Below, piece after piece: positions 1 through 13,485 of a DNA stretch of 64,000 nt (position 1 is its first letter; each line of letters begins with the position of its first letter). Origin of the DNA: the human T2T-CHM13v2.0 reference genome, Homo sapiens. Under the pieces are notes generated by a model. It was not told the DNA's origin, did no database searches, and worked only from the letters and a program-made list of their open reading frames with translations. The stretch lies in assembly GCF_009914755.1 (NCBI RefSeq), contig NC_060931.1; one strand, written 5' to 3'. The position numbers were made by a program, and so were the translations under genes.

Positions 1-2370
1 CCCATGCACTCAACACTATTCCATGTCTTCCGTGTGCTCTGGGAAGCTGACCCTTGTCATTTGCATGACTGGGACTCTCTGCTCTCTGTGTTTGTCTTGG
101 GTGGGGCCTATGGAAGGCTTTAGCAGGATATTGGAGGGCAGGAAGAGAAAGAAGTCAGGGTATTTCTTCTTCATGTCCTACTTCGGCCCTGTGCGCTGGC
201 CGTGATCATGTCCTTTCAGGATATAACTCCCTTCGCCCTGTTCTCCTCTGTACCTCTTCTGATGCAGGGCTCCTAAGGAAACACTGCTCCTTTTCCTTGA
301 CTGTTTATCCCTAGGGGTAGTATTATATTCTCACCATTGCTATCCTTTGGGTGCCCTGCCACCTTGTTTGCTCCTTAAGTCTGTCTACAATTAATGCAAA
401 TAACTCCTTTATTAAAATCTCTTTATTTGAACACTCTGGGATGAATTCTGTTTTTTTCTGGGACCCTGACTAATACAGAGGCTGATACTACACCCATATG
501 AAAATACATCAAAGATAATTTGCAAAGCATGTTTGAAAGCTCTACGTTAGGATCACTAGCACTGGCATGCCAAAAGGCACAGAAAAGAAAATACAGGGCA
601 TAGCAAAATATTGTTTCTTCTTAATAGAGAAACTGCCTCAGGGAGAGACTAGGCTGGTGAGAAGGGGGAAAGACTTTAAGAGTCTTATAGACCAGGCATT
701 AGAGAATTGTGATAGGTTTTTGAGCCTGTGATAAAAGCTGTGTTTGGGGAAGATTTTTCTAGCAACCATTTGTAGGAGCAGTGGAATTAGGAAAAAAGGG
801 TGACAGTAAGGAGAACAGTTAAAAGGCTTTTAAAATAAGCCAGTGTAAAGTGATTGGAGGCAGGTTCACAAAGTGGCAACAAGTATGAAAAATAAGGAAT
901 GAAATAAATAGTGAAAGAAACATTATTACTATTGGAATTTGCATTCTTGCTCATGTGATGCATTTGCTTCAAATTGGTGTAAGCTCTTCACATGCAGAGG
1001 GCTCATGTGCCTTGATGTAACATTAGATCAAGTGGCAGAAGCTAAATTTGGAATTAAGGCAATATTTGGTTGTAGAGAACATCATTCTCGTTTCTAGCTC
1101 TTGGACTTTATGTGGAAGCACTTTAAGTCCTAAGAGGCTAATTTTAGTTCAATCTATTTAGTTAACAATATTTCAGATCCTTAATTTTTAGTTTCCAGAT
1201 GATCAGACTCCTCAGCTTGAAATGCAAGGGCATTATAGACTTCAAGCAAATTGCATGTGCATTAAGACTATCGAACTTGGGATGAGTAATCCTATAAAAG
1301 CAAAATCATTGCTGAAGCATTTTTGTAATCATGTATTCCTCCTGCATGTTCATTTGAAAATGTTCTCTTTTGGTGTGGAGGCAAATGAGCTGATTATATT
1401 GAGCTCCGTCCACCAATTTATTTATTTATCTAATAAACATTTTAATGAAGGGGTATCAGGCACGTTTATGTTTTACCCAAGAGACTTATTTAACAGTCAT
1501 TCAATCATTTGGTCATTAATAGTGAAAAGGTCACAGGCTTTGGCATGAGGCAGGCCTGGGTTTGAAACAGATCTTCGCCATTTCCTAGAAGGGTTGTCTT
1601 AAGGCAAATTATTTTTTTAGACATGTTTTCAGTTTTTCTGTTAAAGGAAAAATTGTTTGTAAAGACTGCATTGTGACTGAGAAAGGGCACGCAAACTAGA
1701 TGAGTTTAATCCTATCTCTCACTCCTGACTAACCTTATATGTATACACAAATACAAAATGCTCCAAGTTGGATGTGAAACAAATGGTGGTATAATACTCG
1801 CCCTTAAATATAATTGCAGATAGCCACAAAATATAAAACCATTTACGGATGTGAGAAAATTAGTATAATAAAGAAGAAAATACAGAATAACTTTTTCTTC
1901 TGTTATTTAACTGGTGTAAAATTAATTCCTTGACTCTCATATTTGTCAACAAATATGATAATGTATGTGGTGATGTACTGTTTTGCCTTGAGAAGGAAAA
2001 AATTATAGCCATAAAATATTTAAGAAAATTCTGGAAATAAGAGTAATAGAATTACTTTTTTCAGACATTTCCCAAATGTGTTTTAAATGGCTTTCCTGAA
2101 GGAGAAATAGAGAGGGAGAGAAAAAAAGAGAACATTTAGATATAATTACAGATAAGACCTATGCATAATATTAGTGGACTTAAAAATAATCATGCATATT
2201 CATAACTGAATTGCTAATTAACATTCTCAGAATTTTGTTTAATGTAAGCAAGTTATCCTAATAGGGTTAGGGCAAAAACAATATGCTAAAGATTGAAATC
2301 TGTGGCTATTTAAAAGCACTGAAAACTTGACTAAATTGCCTCTTCCCCTCCCTTAGACATAAACAATTAA

Positions 2371-3094
<724 letters not shown>

Positions 3095-4065
3095 TTAAGA
3101 TACAATAACACTTTGAGCCTTTGCTGATTGTTGATGAGTTTCAAACTCACAGAGGGTTTTGAAGAAAGGCTGGCAGAACTTGAAGGCAGAACACGTGGGC
3201 TGAAGTCCTGTCTATGCCTGTTACTAAATAGCAATGTGAGCTTCTGGAGGACTCTGAACTCTCTCAGCCTCTGTGAAATGGAGATAACATTTCCTGTGGA
3301 GCTGCGTCAGAGATGTTGGGGAAATCATATGGAAATCAAGTATAGCTGTCAACAAGTTTTGTGAATTGTAAATGACCTTAAGCATACAAAGTATTAGTCA
3401 TCTATTCACTCATTCACACATGGAGCATGCCTAGTGTTAGGAGGCACGTGGTGGGGTTGGCGGGGGTGTGGTCATTAACATGGTGAATGAGATCTTCAGA
3501 AGCAGTGTGTTCCCCTGGGTAAGGGCATGGGCTTTGGAGTTAAACCCACCTAGAGTAATTCAGGGCTCATCACTCCGTGACCTCCTGTCCTGAGACCTTA
3601 ATTTGTCCAATGTTACATCATTGTAAATCCCAGTTTCTTTAACGCGGATATGAAAAAACACCATATATTTCACAGGGGAGTTATGAGGATGTGAGAACTA
3701 TGATCAAGCACTTAACTTCACATGTTCAAAGTGCTCAATGACAGTTGGCAACTATCAATCAACTCTTCACACATTATATCTCTAATCAAGGAAAGCAGGC
3801 ATTTGCACCAATAATGACAGAACAAAACAACATGGGGGAGAGTAGTAGTATAAACAACTTTGAGAGTTCATAGGTGGGCTGCCATACTTTCAGCTAGAGT
3901 GATAAGTAAAGACTTTGGAGACAGGTAAATATTAAGAATAAATCTTGAAGAACGAGTCATACCTCAATAGGAAGAGATATGATTGGTGGACAGCATTTTA
4001 GGTAGACAGAGAATAGAATGAGCTAAAGTGTAGAGATGAGAAATTTGAGTACTCCAGTTGTCTAG

Positions 4066-4250
4066 ACTAGCACTGTCTGATAGAACTTTTGTCCATGAAG
4101 GCAATGTTGTATGAACGTTCTGTCCAATATGGTAGCCACTAGTGGCTGTTGAACACTTGACATGTGGATAGTGTGACTGAGGAGTTGAATTTTTTATTCT
4201 ATTTAATTTTAATTAGTATACATTTTAAAACCACATCTGACAAGTGCCAG
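4066..4250. mobile_element. MER3-like hAT element
   Basis: GCACTGTCTGATAGAACTTT...GTCCAATATGGTAGCCACTAG motifs. Confidence 0.6.
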
Positions 4251-6924
4251 CTCAAATCATAGGATACACGGAGAGGAGTTTAGTGTGATAAGTTCCAAAC
4301 AGATTGGCAAATTTCGAAGAACTTTACTGCTAGGCCAACAAGTTTAGATTCCAAAATAGAACAAACATATTTAGAAGCAGGCAAAACAAAAGAATACGTT
4401 TATGAAGGAGACCAAAAAGTTGCAGAGAGAGAAATAGGAAGGCCAGGAATCCAACAAGGAATGGGCATTGAAGAAAGACTTGCCTCGTACTGTTAGTTAG
4501 AAGCCAATGGATATGGGAAGAAAATTTGTTAGATTTGGTAATTCAGAGCTTCTTTGTGACTTTCAGAAAAAAAGTTTCCCCTGAGTGGTAGAGGTGAAGA
4601 GAGTATTGCAGGAAATTAGGAGTAAGGTATGCTGAATAGAGGCAACATGGAACAGCCTTTTTTTTTTTTTTTAAATGTTTGTATTCCTAGAGTTATAGGA
4701 TAAAGCATTACACACTAAGTTAGTCTCAGCAAGTACTGTATATTTGCCAAGTAAGTGGAGTTCTTGCAGGCAAACTAGGTAGTTTCAATGCCAGGTGTGA
4801 AATTATAATGGTTTAGATAAAATTTTGAAGCAATTCTACAAATAAGTACTCTGAGTCATGACATTTTTAGGCCACATTGAAAACGCTAGCTGAAAGAATA
4901 CAAACAATGTTGAAATCATATTTAAGCCCCTTGCTGAGTTTATATTCTGAGCTAAGGATAGATTAGCCTCATGCCCTTATATGATGAAAAATTGTTTTGT
5001 TTTTCTTGCACAGCACAGTTAGGTATCAGATAAAGGGGGAGGAGTATCCTCATGGATACCTCAAAAACAAGTAACCCATGGACGGAGGACAGAGAAATTT
5101 CATGCAAAGACAGATTTTCCTATCTCTTATGATTAAATTCTCTCAGTTTCCTCATTATGAAAATCATTTGGGATACCTGATAAATGTACAAAATCTTCTG
5201 CCTCAATTCATACTGGTCAATATAAATCTTAGCTTGGCGATCTGAATTTTTAATTAGCACCTGAGCGATTGTTAGTATCAGGCAATTTTAGGAAATGTTT
5301 ATTTATTCATCCTTTGAACAAACACCAGTGGAGTGTTTTTTCCATATTGCAGACATTCAGATACTAGGACACAAAGATAATTAAGACATGGTTTCTAGTC
5401 TTAAGAAATTGTTCTAGGAGAGGAGACAGTAAATGCCATGTAAGAAATGGCTTGGTAGCTGTTGCAAAAGGACCACAGAGAAGGGCAGCTCAGCATTGAG
5501 GAGACCATGGAAAACTGTGCTTGGGGAAGGTAAAGTTTGAGTAGGGTATTCAAGGATAAGCCAACCAGATATACAGGGAGTGTGAGAGAAAAGCACTCTT
5601 TTCAGGATAAACGTCACATTAAAGACAAGAAGAGATTGTGTTGGGTCTATGAATACTACTGAATTCAACACAGCTGGAAAACAGGTTTTCCATGAGATAA
5701 TGGCCTGTGTGGCAACAGACAAAGGCATTTTTTGTACCAGAGCACAAAAATAAGAGCCTAGTTATTTTCAAGGTAATGTGAAATCATTAAAGGGTAATCT
5801 GGGGTTGGTGAGATTGGAGATAGGGAGACCCATTAAAAACTTAATACATTAATTCAGGTGAGAGGTGATGGTGTCTGACCTAAGGCAATAACCACAGAGG
5901 TAGAATGGAAAGAACAGTTTTTGATAAATAGTTGGTGCTTTGTTGTGTATGACATAATCAGACGATAGTTCTTTTGATCCTTTTATTAATATTGTCTCAA
6001 TGAAATGAACTGAATTGCTGAATAATTGATTTTGTAGATGGCTCACATATGGCTCACATGATACATTTAGCCATGATGGGGAACATATAATTGTTTGCTA
6101 TTTATACCTATGGTGACTTCTTAAATTGGATTGCTATTGGACAAGATTTTCAGTATTTATCCCATTGATTTAAGGAGACACCAACACAGAGGATGGTCTC
6201 AGAGGTTTTCACAGTCGCTTCTGTGGGTATCCCAAACTCTTTGATATTATATAGGTGAGGAAGTATGTATTGCTTACTACTTTTTAAGTTCTTCCTAGTA
6301 TTCTGGCCCTTTGACAGTTTATTCTGTTTGTTTGTTTGTTTTTCCTTCTTTGATTACTTACAGTTGTAATACCTTTTAAAGACATTTTATATCTCTTCCT
6401 TGACTTATTCCAAATTTAAATTAATACATAGAATATGTATATTTACAAAATATGTTAACTAAATGAATTATTTTTGAATTATTTTGAGACTTTCTAAAAT
6501 AGTTTAAAGTATCTTGAGTCGTCATGAAACTAACTTTGAAAGGTGCTGATTTAAAGTGACAATATTTGTGGCCATGCAAGAAAAGAGGCACTGGACATTT
6601 TAATAAGCAGTTTAATAGAATTTAAATATATGACATCCAATTACCGACAGAATACAAAGCATCATAAAGTATGATTTGCAGACATATTTTATAAATTGGA
6701 ACACCTTAAGGATTCATGGCATTTGTGTAAAATGTGTGGTCGTTAACACATTTTAATACATTGATTCTATTGTGGAAGGTCGTGTGACATGGAATGTTAA
6801 ACAATTAAAATGGTCAAATGTACTTCCATGTTTATGTGATTTGCATTCACAGGAAGAAAATGGGTAATGCCGAAGGAACATTGGCCTAGAGAAGCTTACT
6901 GAAGCAAGGGAATTTGGAGTGAGA

Positions 6925-7258
6925 CTTTCTCCCGCTGCGGCTTTCTGCCCCCACACCGCGGCTTTTGCAGCTTTTTGCCTCCGCCGCCGCGGCGTTTTGG
7001 TCCCCGCCGCCGCGGCTTTTTGTGGTTTTTTTGCCCCAGCTCCCACTGCTTTTTGTCCCCCCCGCCGCGGCTTTTTGCCCCCGCCCCGGCGGCTTTCTTC
7101 CGCCGCGGCTTTTTGCCCCGCCGCCGCGCATTTTTGCCGCCGCGGCTTTTTGCCCCCGCCGCCTAAGCTTTTTGCCTGCGCCGCCGCGGCTTTTTGCCCC
7201 CGTCGCCGCGGCTTTTTGCTGCCGCGGCTTTCTGCTCCCGCCGCCACGGCTCTGAGGG
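6925..7258. repeat. GC-rich minisatellite, ~15-23-bp units, consensus ~CCCCCGCCGCCGCGGCTTTTTG
   Basis: About 15 degenerate copies of GCCGCGGC followed by a T4-T6 tract are visible. The array begins abruptly after AT-rich sequence and merges into the KSR1-like 5' region. Confidence 0.9.
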
Positions 7259-7401
7259 CGGGAGCGGCAGACTCCGCTGCCAGCTCTACTGGCGTCCTGG
7301 CAAGGGCAGCGCCGAGGGGCGCTCCCGGTCCAGCTCTCCCGGCTCGGGGGTTCCTTGCCTAGGCGCCCGAGCCCCGGGCTCCCTGCCTCGGCCGCTGTGG
7401 C

Positions 7402-7632
7402 CTGCATAGAGCGGCACTGCGCGCGGAGGCGATGGGAGAGAAGAAGGAGGGCGGTGGCGGGGGTGATGCAGCGGCCGCTGAGGGTGGCGCAGGGGCCCCG
7501 GCCAGCCCGGGGCTGCAGCAGTGCAGACAGCTCCAGAAGCTCATCGGCATCTCCATTGGCAGCCTGCGCGGGCTGGGCACCAAGTGCGCTGTGTCCAACG
7601 ACCTCACCGAGCAGGAGATACGGACCCTGGAG
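7402..7632 (+). pseudogene. KSR1 (exon-1 duplicate): Duplicated KSR1 exon 1 (CA1 / CC-SAM N-terminus); first Met lost (CTG at 7402), second Met ATG 7432 intact; donor GAG|GTAAGG at 7632/7633
   Basis: Translation ([10 protein letters not shown])[67 protein letters not shown] matches recalled human KSR1 [18 protein letters not shown]...[40 protein letters not shown] at ~60/67 residues from Met11. No other KSR1 exon is seen. Confidence 0.92.
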
Positions 7633-7870
7633 GTAAGGGGTTTGGGGACCCGGGCTGGGCTCGAGGAGCGGCCCGGACACCTCCCTTGAGGCCCCAGTTC
7701 ACTCCTGGCCGAGTTGCATCCTTGAGCCCGCGTCGCGCCCTTGGAGGCTTCCCCTCCCTCCTGCACTCGCTGATGGGGCAGCCGAGAGACCCGGGACCAG
7801 CCCTCACCTTGGGCAGGATTTGTGGGGCGAGTGCTTGGTGGGAACTGGGATGGAGGCTCTAGGGTCCCGT

Positions 7871-7893
7871 GGGGCGGGGAGGGTGGGGGTGGG
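7871..7893 (+). other. G-quadruplex-forming motif near the 5' end of intron 1
   Basis: GGGGCGGGGAGGGTGGGGGTGGG: five G-runs with 1-nt loops. Confidence 0.5.
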
Positions 7894-8467
7894 CTGCGCG
7901 CGGACATCCCCTTACCCCCGAATTTCCATCTGGTCCGGCCCTCTCATCTTGTAGGTGAGGAAACCAAAGGCCTGAGGGAGAACTGACTTGCCAGGAACCC
8001 CTGTTAAGGAGAATTACCAAAGTGTGGTTATTAAAGGAGAACTGAGTTGGGAGTCAGACCTGGAGTCCCACACCCTTGGTTAAGTCATTATACCACCTTG
8101 AGTCTGGCCTGTTGACTGAGGGTGAGCCACTCCATCCTCGTCTGATTGTGGGGTCTTGACCTCAAGGGGTTTCGTGCAGGAAGAAGCAAATGGGTTTGCT
8201 TTCCTAGCTCTGTCCAGTACCTTAGGGACCCTGAGGACTGAAGCGATTCTTGGAGAGCCATCTGGTGTATGTCATGCGTGGGCCTTTCTTGAAGGTCTAT
8301 CTGCCCAGTGGGCTGGCTCAGCCCGAATGAACTGTCTTGAATCTTTGGAGTTGTCTGTGTACTTTTAAGGGCTTCTCATCCTTGCACCAAAAGATCCCCT
8401 GGAAATTAGGTGGGAAAACCTTACCTGTTGTGGGGCCTTGTGTTTGTCTTAAAAGTTCGTGCACATG

Positions 8468-8735
8468 ACCAGGTGTGGTGGCTCACACCTGTTATCCTGT
8501 CCTGGATCCCTTGAGTCAAAGAGTTTGAGACCAACCTGGACAATACAGTGAGACCCCGTCTCTACAAAAGATAAAATATTAGCCAGGGGTGGCTGTGCGC
8601 ATCTGTAGTCCCAGCTAGTACTGTGGCTGAGGCAGGAGGAGCACTTGAGCCTGCACTGAGCTGTGATCTCACCAGTGTACTCCAGCCTGGGCCACAGAGC
8701 AAGACCTTGACTCAAAAACAACAACAACAACAAAA
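8468..8735 (+). mobile_element. Old Alu (AluJ-like); a FLAM-like monomer also lies at ~9410-9560
   Basis: Diverged Alu motifs and A-rich tail. Confidence 0.8.
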
Positions 8736-8845
8736 ATTCTTGAAGATTTTGCATTCTGTCCCACTATCCATTGGTTTTCATGTCAAGATAATGTGAGAAA
8801 TTCTTTACAATTGCTTCCAGAAGGAATAGCCTTTTGATTTAGTGC

Positions 8846-9045
8846 ACAGGTGTCCAGTCTTTTGGCTTCTCAGGCCCACATTGGAAGAAGAATGCTCCTG
8901 AGCCACACATAAAATACACTAATGCTAACAACAGCTGATGAGCTTAAAAAAAAAAAAAAAAAAAGGTTTGTGCAGAATTTTGATGATACCCACCACCAAA
9001 GATAGGCGGAAAAGTCCTTGTAGTCACAGGGTTGGACACGGCTGA
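8846..9045. mobile_element. MER30-like hAT element
   Basis: CAGGTGTCCAGTCTTTTGGCTTC...GGGTTGGACACGGCTG termini. Confidence 0.65.
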
Positions 9046-10430
9046 TCTAGTGTCTTGTCGTCCGTTTTGGCTTTCTCCCGGTTTCCAGAATGCAGGTAGA
9101 GATGTAGAGACGTGCTCTCAGGACAGATGTTGAGATAAAAAAATTCGTTGTCATTTATTCCCAAGGACAGCTGTTTGTCATTTGCATTGAAAAAGTCTCC
9201 ATTCAAACTGCTGTCACATATAAAATCTATTTATATAAGTCTGTATTTTTCTGTTGTCTTGGCCTTTGTGGGCAGTAGTGTGTTTTAACCGAGCAAACTG
9301 TCCTTCCAAATAATGAAGCCGAAGTCAGCCTGCCTGCTTGCCATTTTTCTTCCCCTTCCATTTTTCTAACCCCAGGATAGTTGTAAGAATGAATTAAGAT
9401 TTGTGTTTAAGGCCGGGCACAGTGTCTCAGGCCTGTAATCCCAGCACTTTGGGAGGCGGAGACGGATGTATCACTTGAGCTCAGGAGTCCAAGACCAGCC
9501 TGGGCAACATACTGAGACTCCGTCTTGTATAATTAAATTAAAATTTAAAAAAAGAAGAGAAAAAGACCTGTGCTTAAAATTTAAAAAAAGGGGGGAAAGT
9601 GTAATGCAAAATGTGGACTATGCCAGCCATGATTGGGAAAAATAATTTTTCATACAGCATTATCTGTAGACTTGTATTAGCAGCATACTGGTCATAAGCG
9701 TTTTGCTTTCCTCAAATATGATGAGGTAAGCTACTTTAAAGTGTGGTGGGGCTTTCTTCCATGTGGCTCCTGGAGGTGTTGAGTCCCAATTCAGCCAATT
9801 AATTTGGGTTTAGTTTTGATATGGATAAGGGAATCCAGCTTCATTCATGGTGCACACACAGTTTTGCCAATAAGGAAAAAAAAAAGCCACCTGAATGTTC
9901 CTACTCATTAGATGCTATCTGGAGAGCTCCTTCCCCACCCGCACCAAGGCCTGGGCCCTTAAAAAGACTCAGTGCAGCCTTTCTGTATCTCATACTGTAT
10001 TCTGCAAGATGCTCCTGTGAAAGAAAGTTGTGCTGCACCAGCCATCTCCCTCCTGAAGATCCCTGCGGATGAGGATTTGTGTTTTAAAGGTTCTGAGAAG
10101 TCCTGCAACAACAGTTCTCAAACTTATTTGTCCAGGGGATCTTTTCTTCCACTGAACGTAGTTGGGGAGACACGGCCTTAAGCCTTGAGCAGAGAAAGAG
10201 ACAAGAAACTGTTGGCTCACTTACAACCAAGTGTTGTGTTTATGTTTTAGGTTTTTATGAAACTGAGGTGCTGTTTGAGGTTCTAAATCAAACTGGGTGG
10301 TTGAAGAGAGGCTGGTATCCCTGTAGACTTAGCCAGCCATGAGAGGTTGCCTTTTGTTGAAGGAGGTGTTTTACAAAGGGAAATAGGGTGTCTCCTGGGC
10401 ATCACATTAGCACTTAAATACATGTATCAC

Positions 10431-13017
10431 TGAAATGAAATGAAATGATGAAATGATGAAATGATCAAATGAAGAAACGAAATGATGAAATGATGAAATG
10501 AAATGAAATGATGAAATGATGAAATGAAATGATGAGATGAGATGAAATGAAATGATGAGATGAAATGACATGATAAAATGATGAAATGAAATGATGAAAT
10601 CGAATGATGAAATGAAATAATGAAATGATGAAACAAAATGGTGAAATGAAATGAGGAAATGAAATGAAATGATGAAATGAACTGATGAAGTGAAATAATG
10701 AAATGAAATGATGAAAAGAAAAGATGAAATGATGAAATGAAGAAATGATATGAAATGATGAAATGATGAAGTGAAACAATGAAATGAAAAGATGAAATGA
10801 TGAAATGAACAAATGATATGAAATGATGAGATGAAATGTAATGAAGTGATGAAGTGAAATGATGAAATGATGAAATAATGAAATGAAATGATGAATTGAT
10901 GACATGAAATGATGAAATGAAATGACGAGATTAAAAGGTGAAATGAAACGAAATGATTAAATGAAATGATGAGATGAAAAGATGAAATGATGAGATGAAA
11001 TGAAATCATTAGATGAAATGATGAAATCATGAGATGAAGTGAAATGATGAAATGATAAGATGAAATGAGAAATGGAATGATGATGAAATGGTGAAATGAA
11101 GTGAAATGAAATGATGAAGAAATGATATGAAATGATGGAATGAAATGATGAAATGAAGTGAAATAATGAAATGATGAAATAAGGAAATGAAATGAATTGA
11201 CAAAATGAAATGATGAAATGAATGACGAAATGAAAAGATGAAATGAAATAAATGAGATGAAAAGATGCTATAAATTGATGAGATGAAATGAAATCATGAG
11301 ATGAAATGATGAGATGAAGTGAAATGATGAAATGATGAGATGAAATGATGAAATGAAATAATGAAAGGATGAAATGATGAGATGAAATGATGAAATGGAA
11401 TGATGAAATGAAATGATGAAATGGTGAAATGAAATGAGGAAATGAAATGAAGAAATGAAGTGAAATGATGAAATGAAATGAAATGATGAAATGAAAAGAT
11501 CAAATGATGAAATGAAGAAATGATATGAAATGATGAAGTGAAGTGAAATGATTAATGAAATAATGAAATGATGAATTGATGAAATGAAATGATGAGATGA
11601 AAAGATGAAATGAAATGATGAAATGAGATGAAAAGATGAAATGAAATGAGATGAAATGAAATCATGAGATGAAATGAAATCATGAGATGAAATTATGAAA
11701 TGATGAGATGAAGTGAAATGATGAAATGAGGAAATGCAATGATGAGATGAAATGAAATGAAATAATGAAATGAAAGGATGAAATGAGATGAAATGATGAA
11801 AGGATGAAATGAAATGATGAAATGATGAAATGAAATGATAAGTCAAATGATGAAATGATGAAATGGAAAGATGAAATGATGAAATGATATGAAATGCAAT
11901 GATGAAATGATATTAAATGATGAAATGATGAAATGAAGTCAAATGATGAAATGATGAAGTAAATGAAATGAATTGATGAAATAATGAAATGATGAGATGA
12001 AATGATGAAATGATGAAATGGAATGATGAAATGATGAAATGGTGAAATGAAATGAGGAAATGAAAGGAAGAAATGAAATGATGCAGTGAAATGATGAAAT
12101 GAAATGAAATGAAAAGATCAAATGATGAAATGAAGAAATGATATGAAATGAAATGAAGTGAAATGATTAATGAAATGATGAAATGATGAATTGATGAAAT
12201 GATGAGATGAAAAGATGAAATGATGAAATGAGATGAAAAGATGAAATGAGATGAAATGAAATCATGAGATGAAATCATGAGATGAAATTATGAAATGAGA
12301 TGAAGTGAAATGATGAAATGAGGAAATGCAATGATGAAATGATGAAATGAAATAATGAAATGAAAGGATGAAATGAGATGAAATGATGAAAGGATGCAAT
12401 GAAATGAAATGATGAAATGAGGAAATGAAATGATGAAATGAAATGATAAGTCAAATGATGAAATGATGAAATGGAAAGATGAAATGATGAAATGATATGA
12501 AATGATGAAATGATATTAAATGATGAAATGAAGTCAAATGATGAAAAGATGAAATGAAATAAGTGAAATGAAATGAATTGATGAAAAATGAATTGAGATG
12601 AAAAGATGCAATGATGAAATGAAATGACGAAAAGATGAAATAAAATGAGATGAAATGAAATGATGAGATGAAGTGAAATGATGAAATGTTGAGATGAAAT
12701 GATGAAATGAAATGAAAGAATGAAATGAAATGATGAGATGAAATGATGCAATAAAATGATGAAAGGATGAAATAATGAAATGAGATGAAAAGATGAAATG
12801 AGATGAAAAGATGAAATGAGATGAAATGAAATCATGAGATGAAATGATGAAATGATGAGATGAAGTGAAATGATGAAATGAAATGTTGAGATGAAATGAT
12901 GAAATGAAAGAATGAAATGAAATGATGAGATGAAATGATGAAATGAAATGATGCAACGAAATGATGAAAGGATGAAATGAAATGAGGAAATTAAATGAAA
13001 TGATGAAATAGATGAAC
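10431..13017. repeat. ~2.6-kb satellite-like array (GAAAT)n/(GATGAAAT)n with ~610-620-bp higher-order blocks
   Basis: Continuous TGAAA/TGATGAAA/TGAGA units, nearly C-free on the + strand; landmark variants recur at 608-618-bp spacing. Confidence 0.95.
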
Positions 13018-13110
13018 CAAAAATACTTATTCATTTTTTTTCTTGGCATCCTTCTAAGAGTATTTTAGTGAGGTTAATTTCTAAAACTAAATTGCTATTC
13101 AATGGCTTTA

Positions 13111-13485
13111 CAGTTGGCCTTTGCACCACAGGGGTTTGAACTGTGCAGGTCCACTTAGCAAAACCAACAATTCTACATCCTTCTCCACACCCTGCCCATG
13201 AAAAGGATGAGGATGAAGACCTGTTTGATCATGTACTTCCATTTAATAACTAGTAAATATATTTTCCTTATGATTTTCTTTTTCTTTTCTCTGGCATGTT
13301 TGTTAAGAATACAGTATATAAGACATATAACATATTAAATATGTGTTAATTGACTGCTTGTGTTATTTGTAAGGCTTACAGTAGGCTATTAGTAGTTAAG
13401 TTTTGGGGGAGTCAAAGTTATAGTGGATTTTCTACTGTGTAGGGGGGCCAGCACCCCAACCTCCGTGTTGCTTAAGGGTCAACTG
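13111..13485. mobile_element. Tigger2-family (MER28/Tigger2a-like) DNA transposon
   Basis: Termini CAGTTGGCCTTTG...AAGGGTCAACTG with TA on both sides; internal GGGTTTGAACTGTGCAGGTCCACTTA. Confidence 0.75.

Larger units (their letters stand above)
6930..7920. promoter_or_regulatory. CpG island / probable promoter of the chimeric KSR1-INTS4 pseudogene transcript
   Basis: Very high GC and CpG density against CpG-depleted flanks; it surrounds a first-exon-type sequence with a GT donor. Promoter activity is inferred. Confidence 0.75.

Noticed and set aside
7402-7689. The functional KSR1 gene
   Set aside because: Met1 is lost, ~10% of residues differ, and no KSR1 exon 2 or later exon appears; downstream exons are INTS4
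6753-7907. Overlapping long R/A/G/P-rich ORFs on both strands (up to 264 aa)
   Set aside because: Explained by the GC-rich minisatellite and CpG island; only the 7432 frame has recognisable homology
10431-13017. HSat2/HSat3 or a CRISPR-like array
   Set aside because: The unit is GAAAT/GATGAAAT rather than GGAAT/GAATG, there is no repeat-spacer structure, and the DNA is human
10407-13049. Many 60-207-aa F/H/I/S-rich ORFs on the minus strand
   Set aside because: Artefact of the (CATTT/CAT)n array, which lacks stop codons on that strand; low complexity
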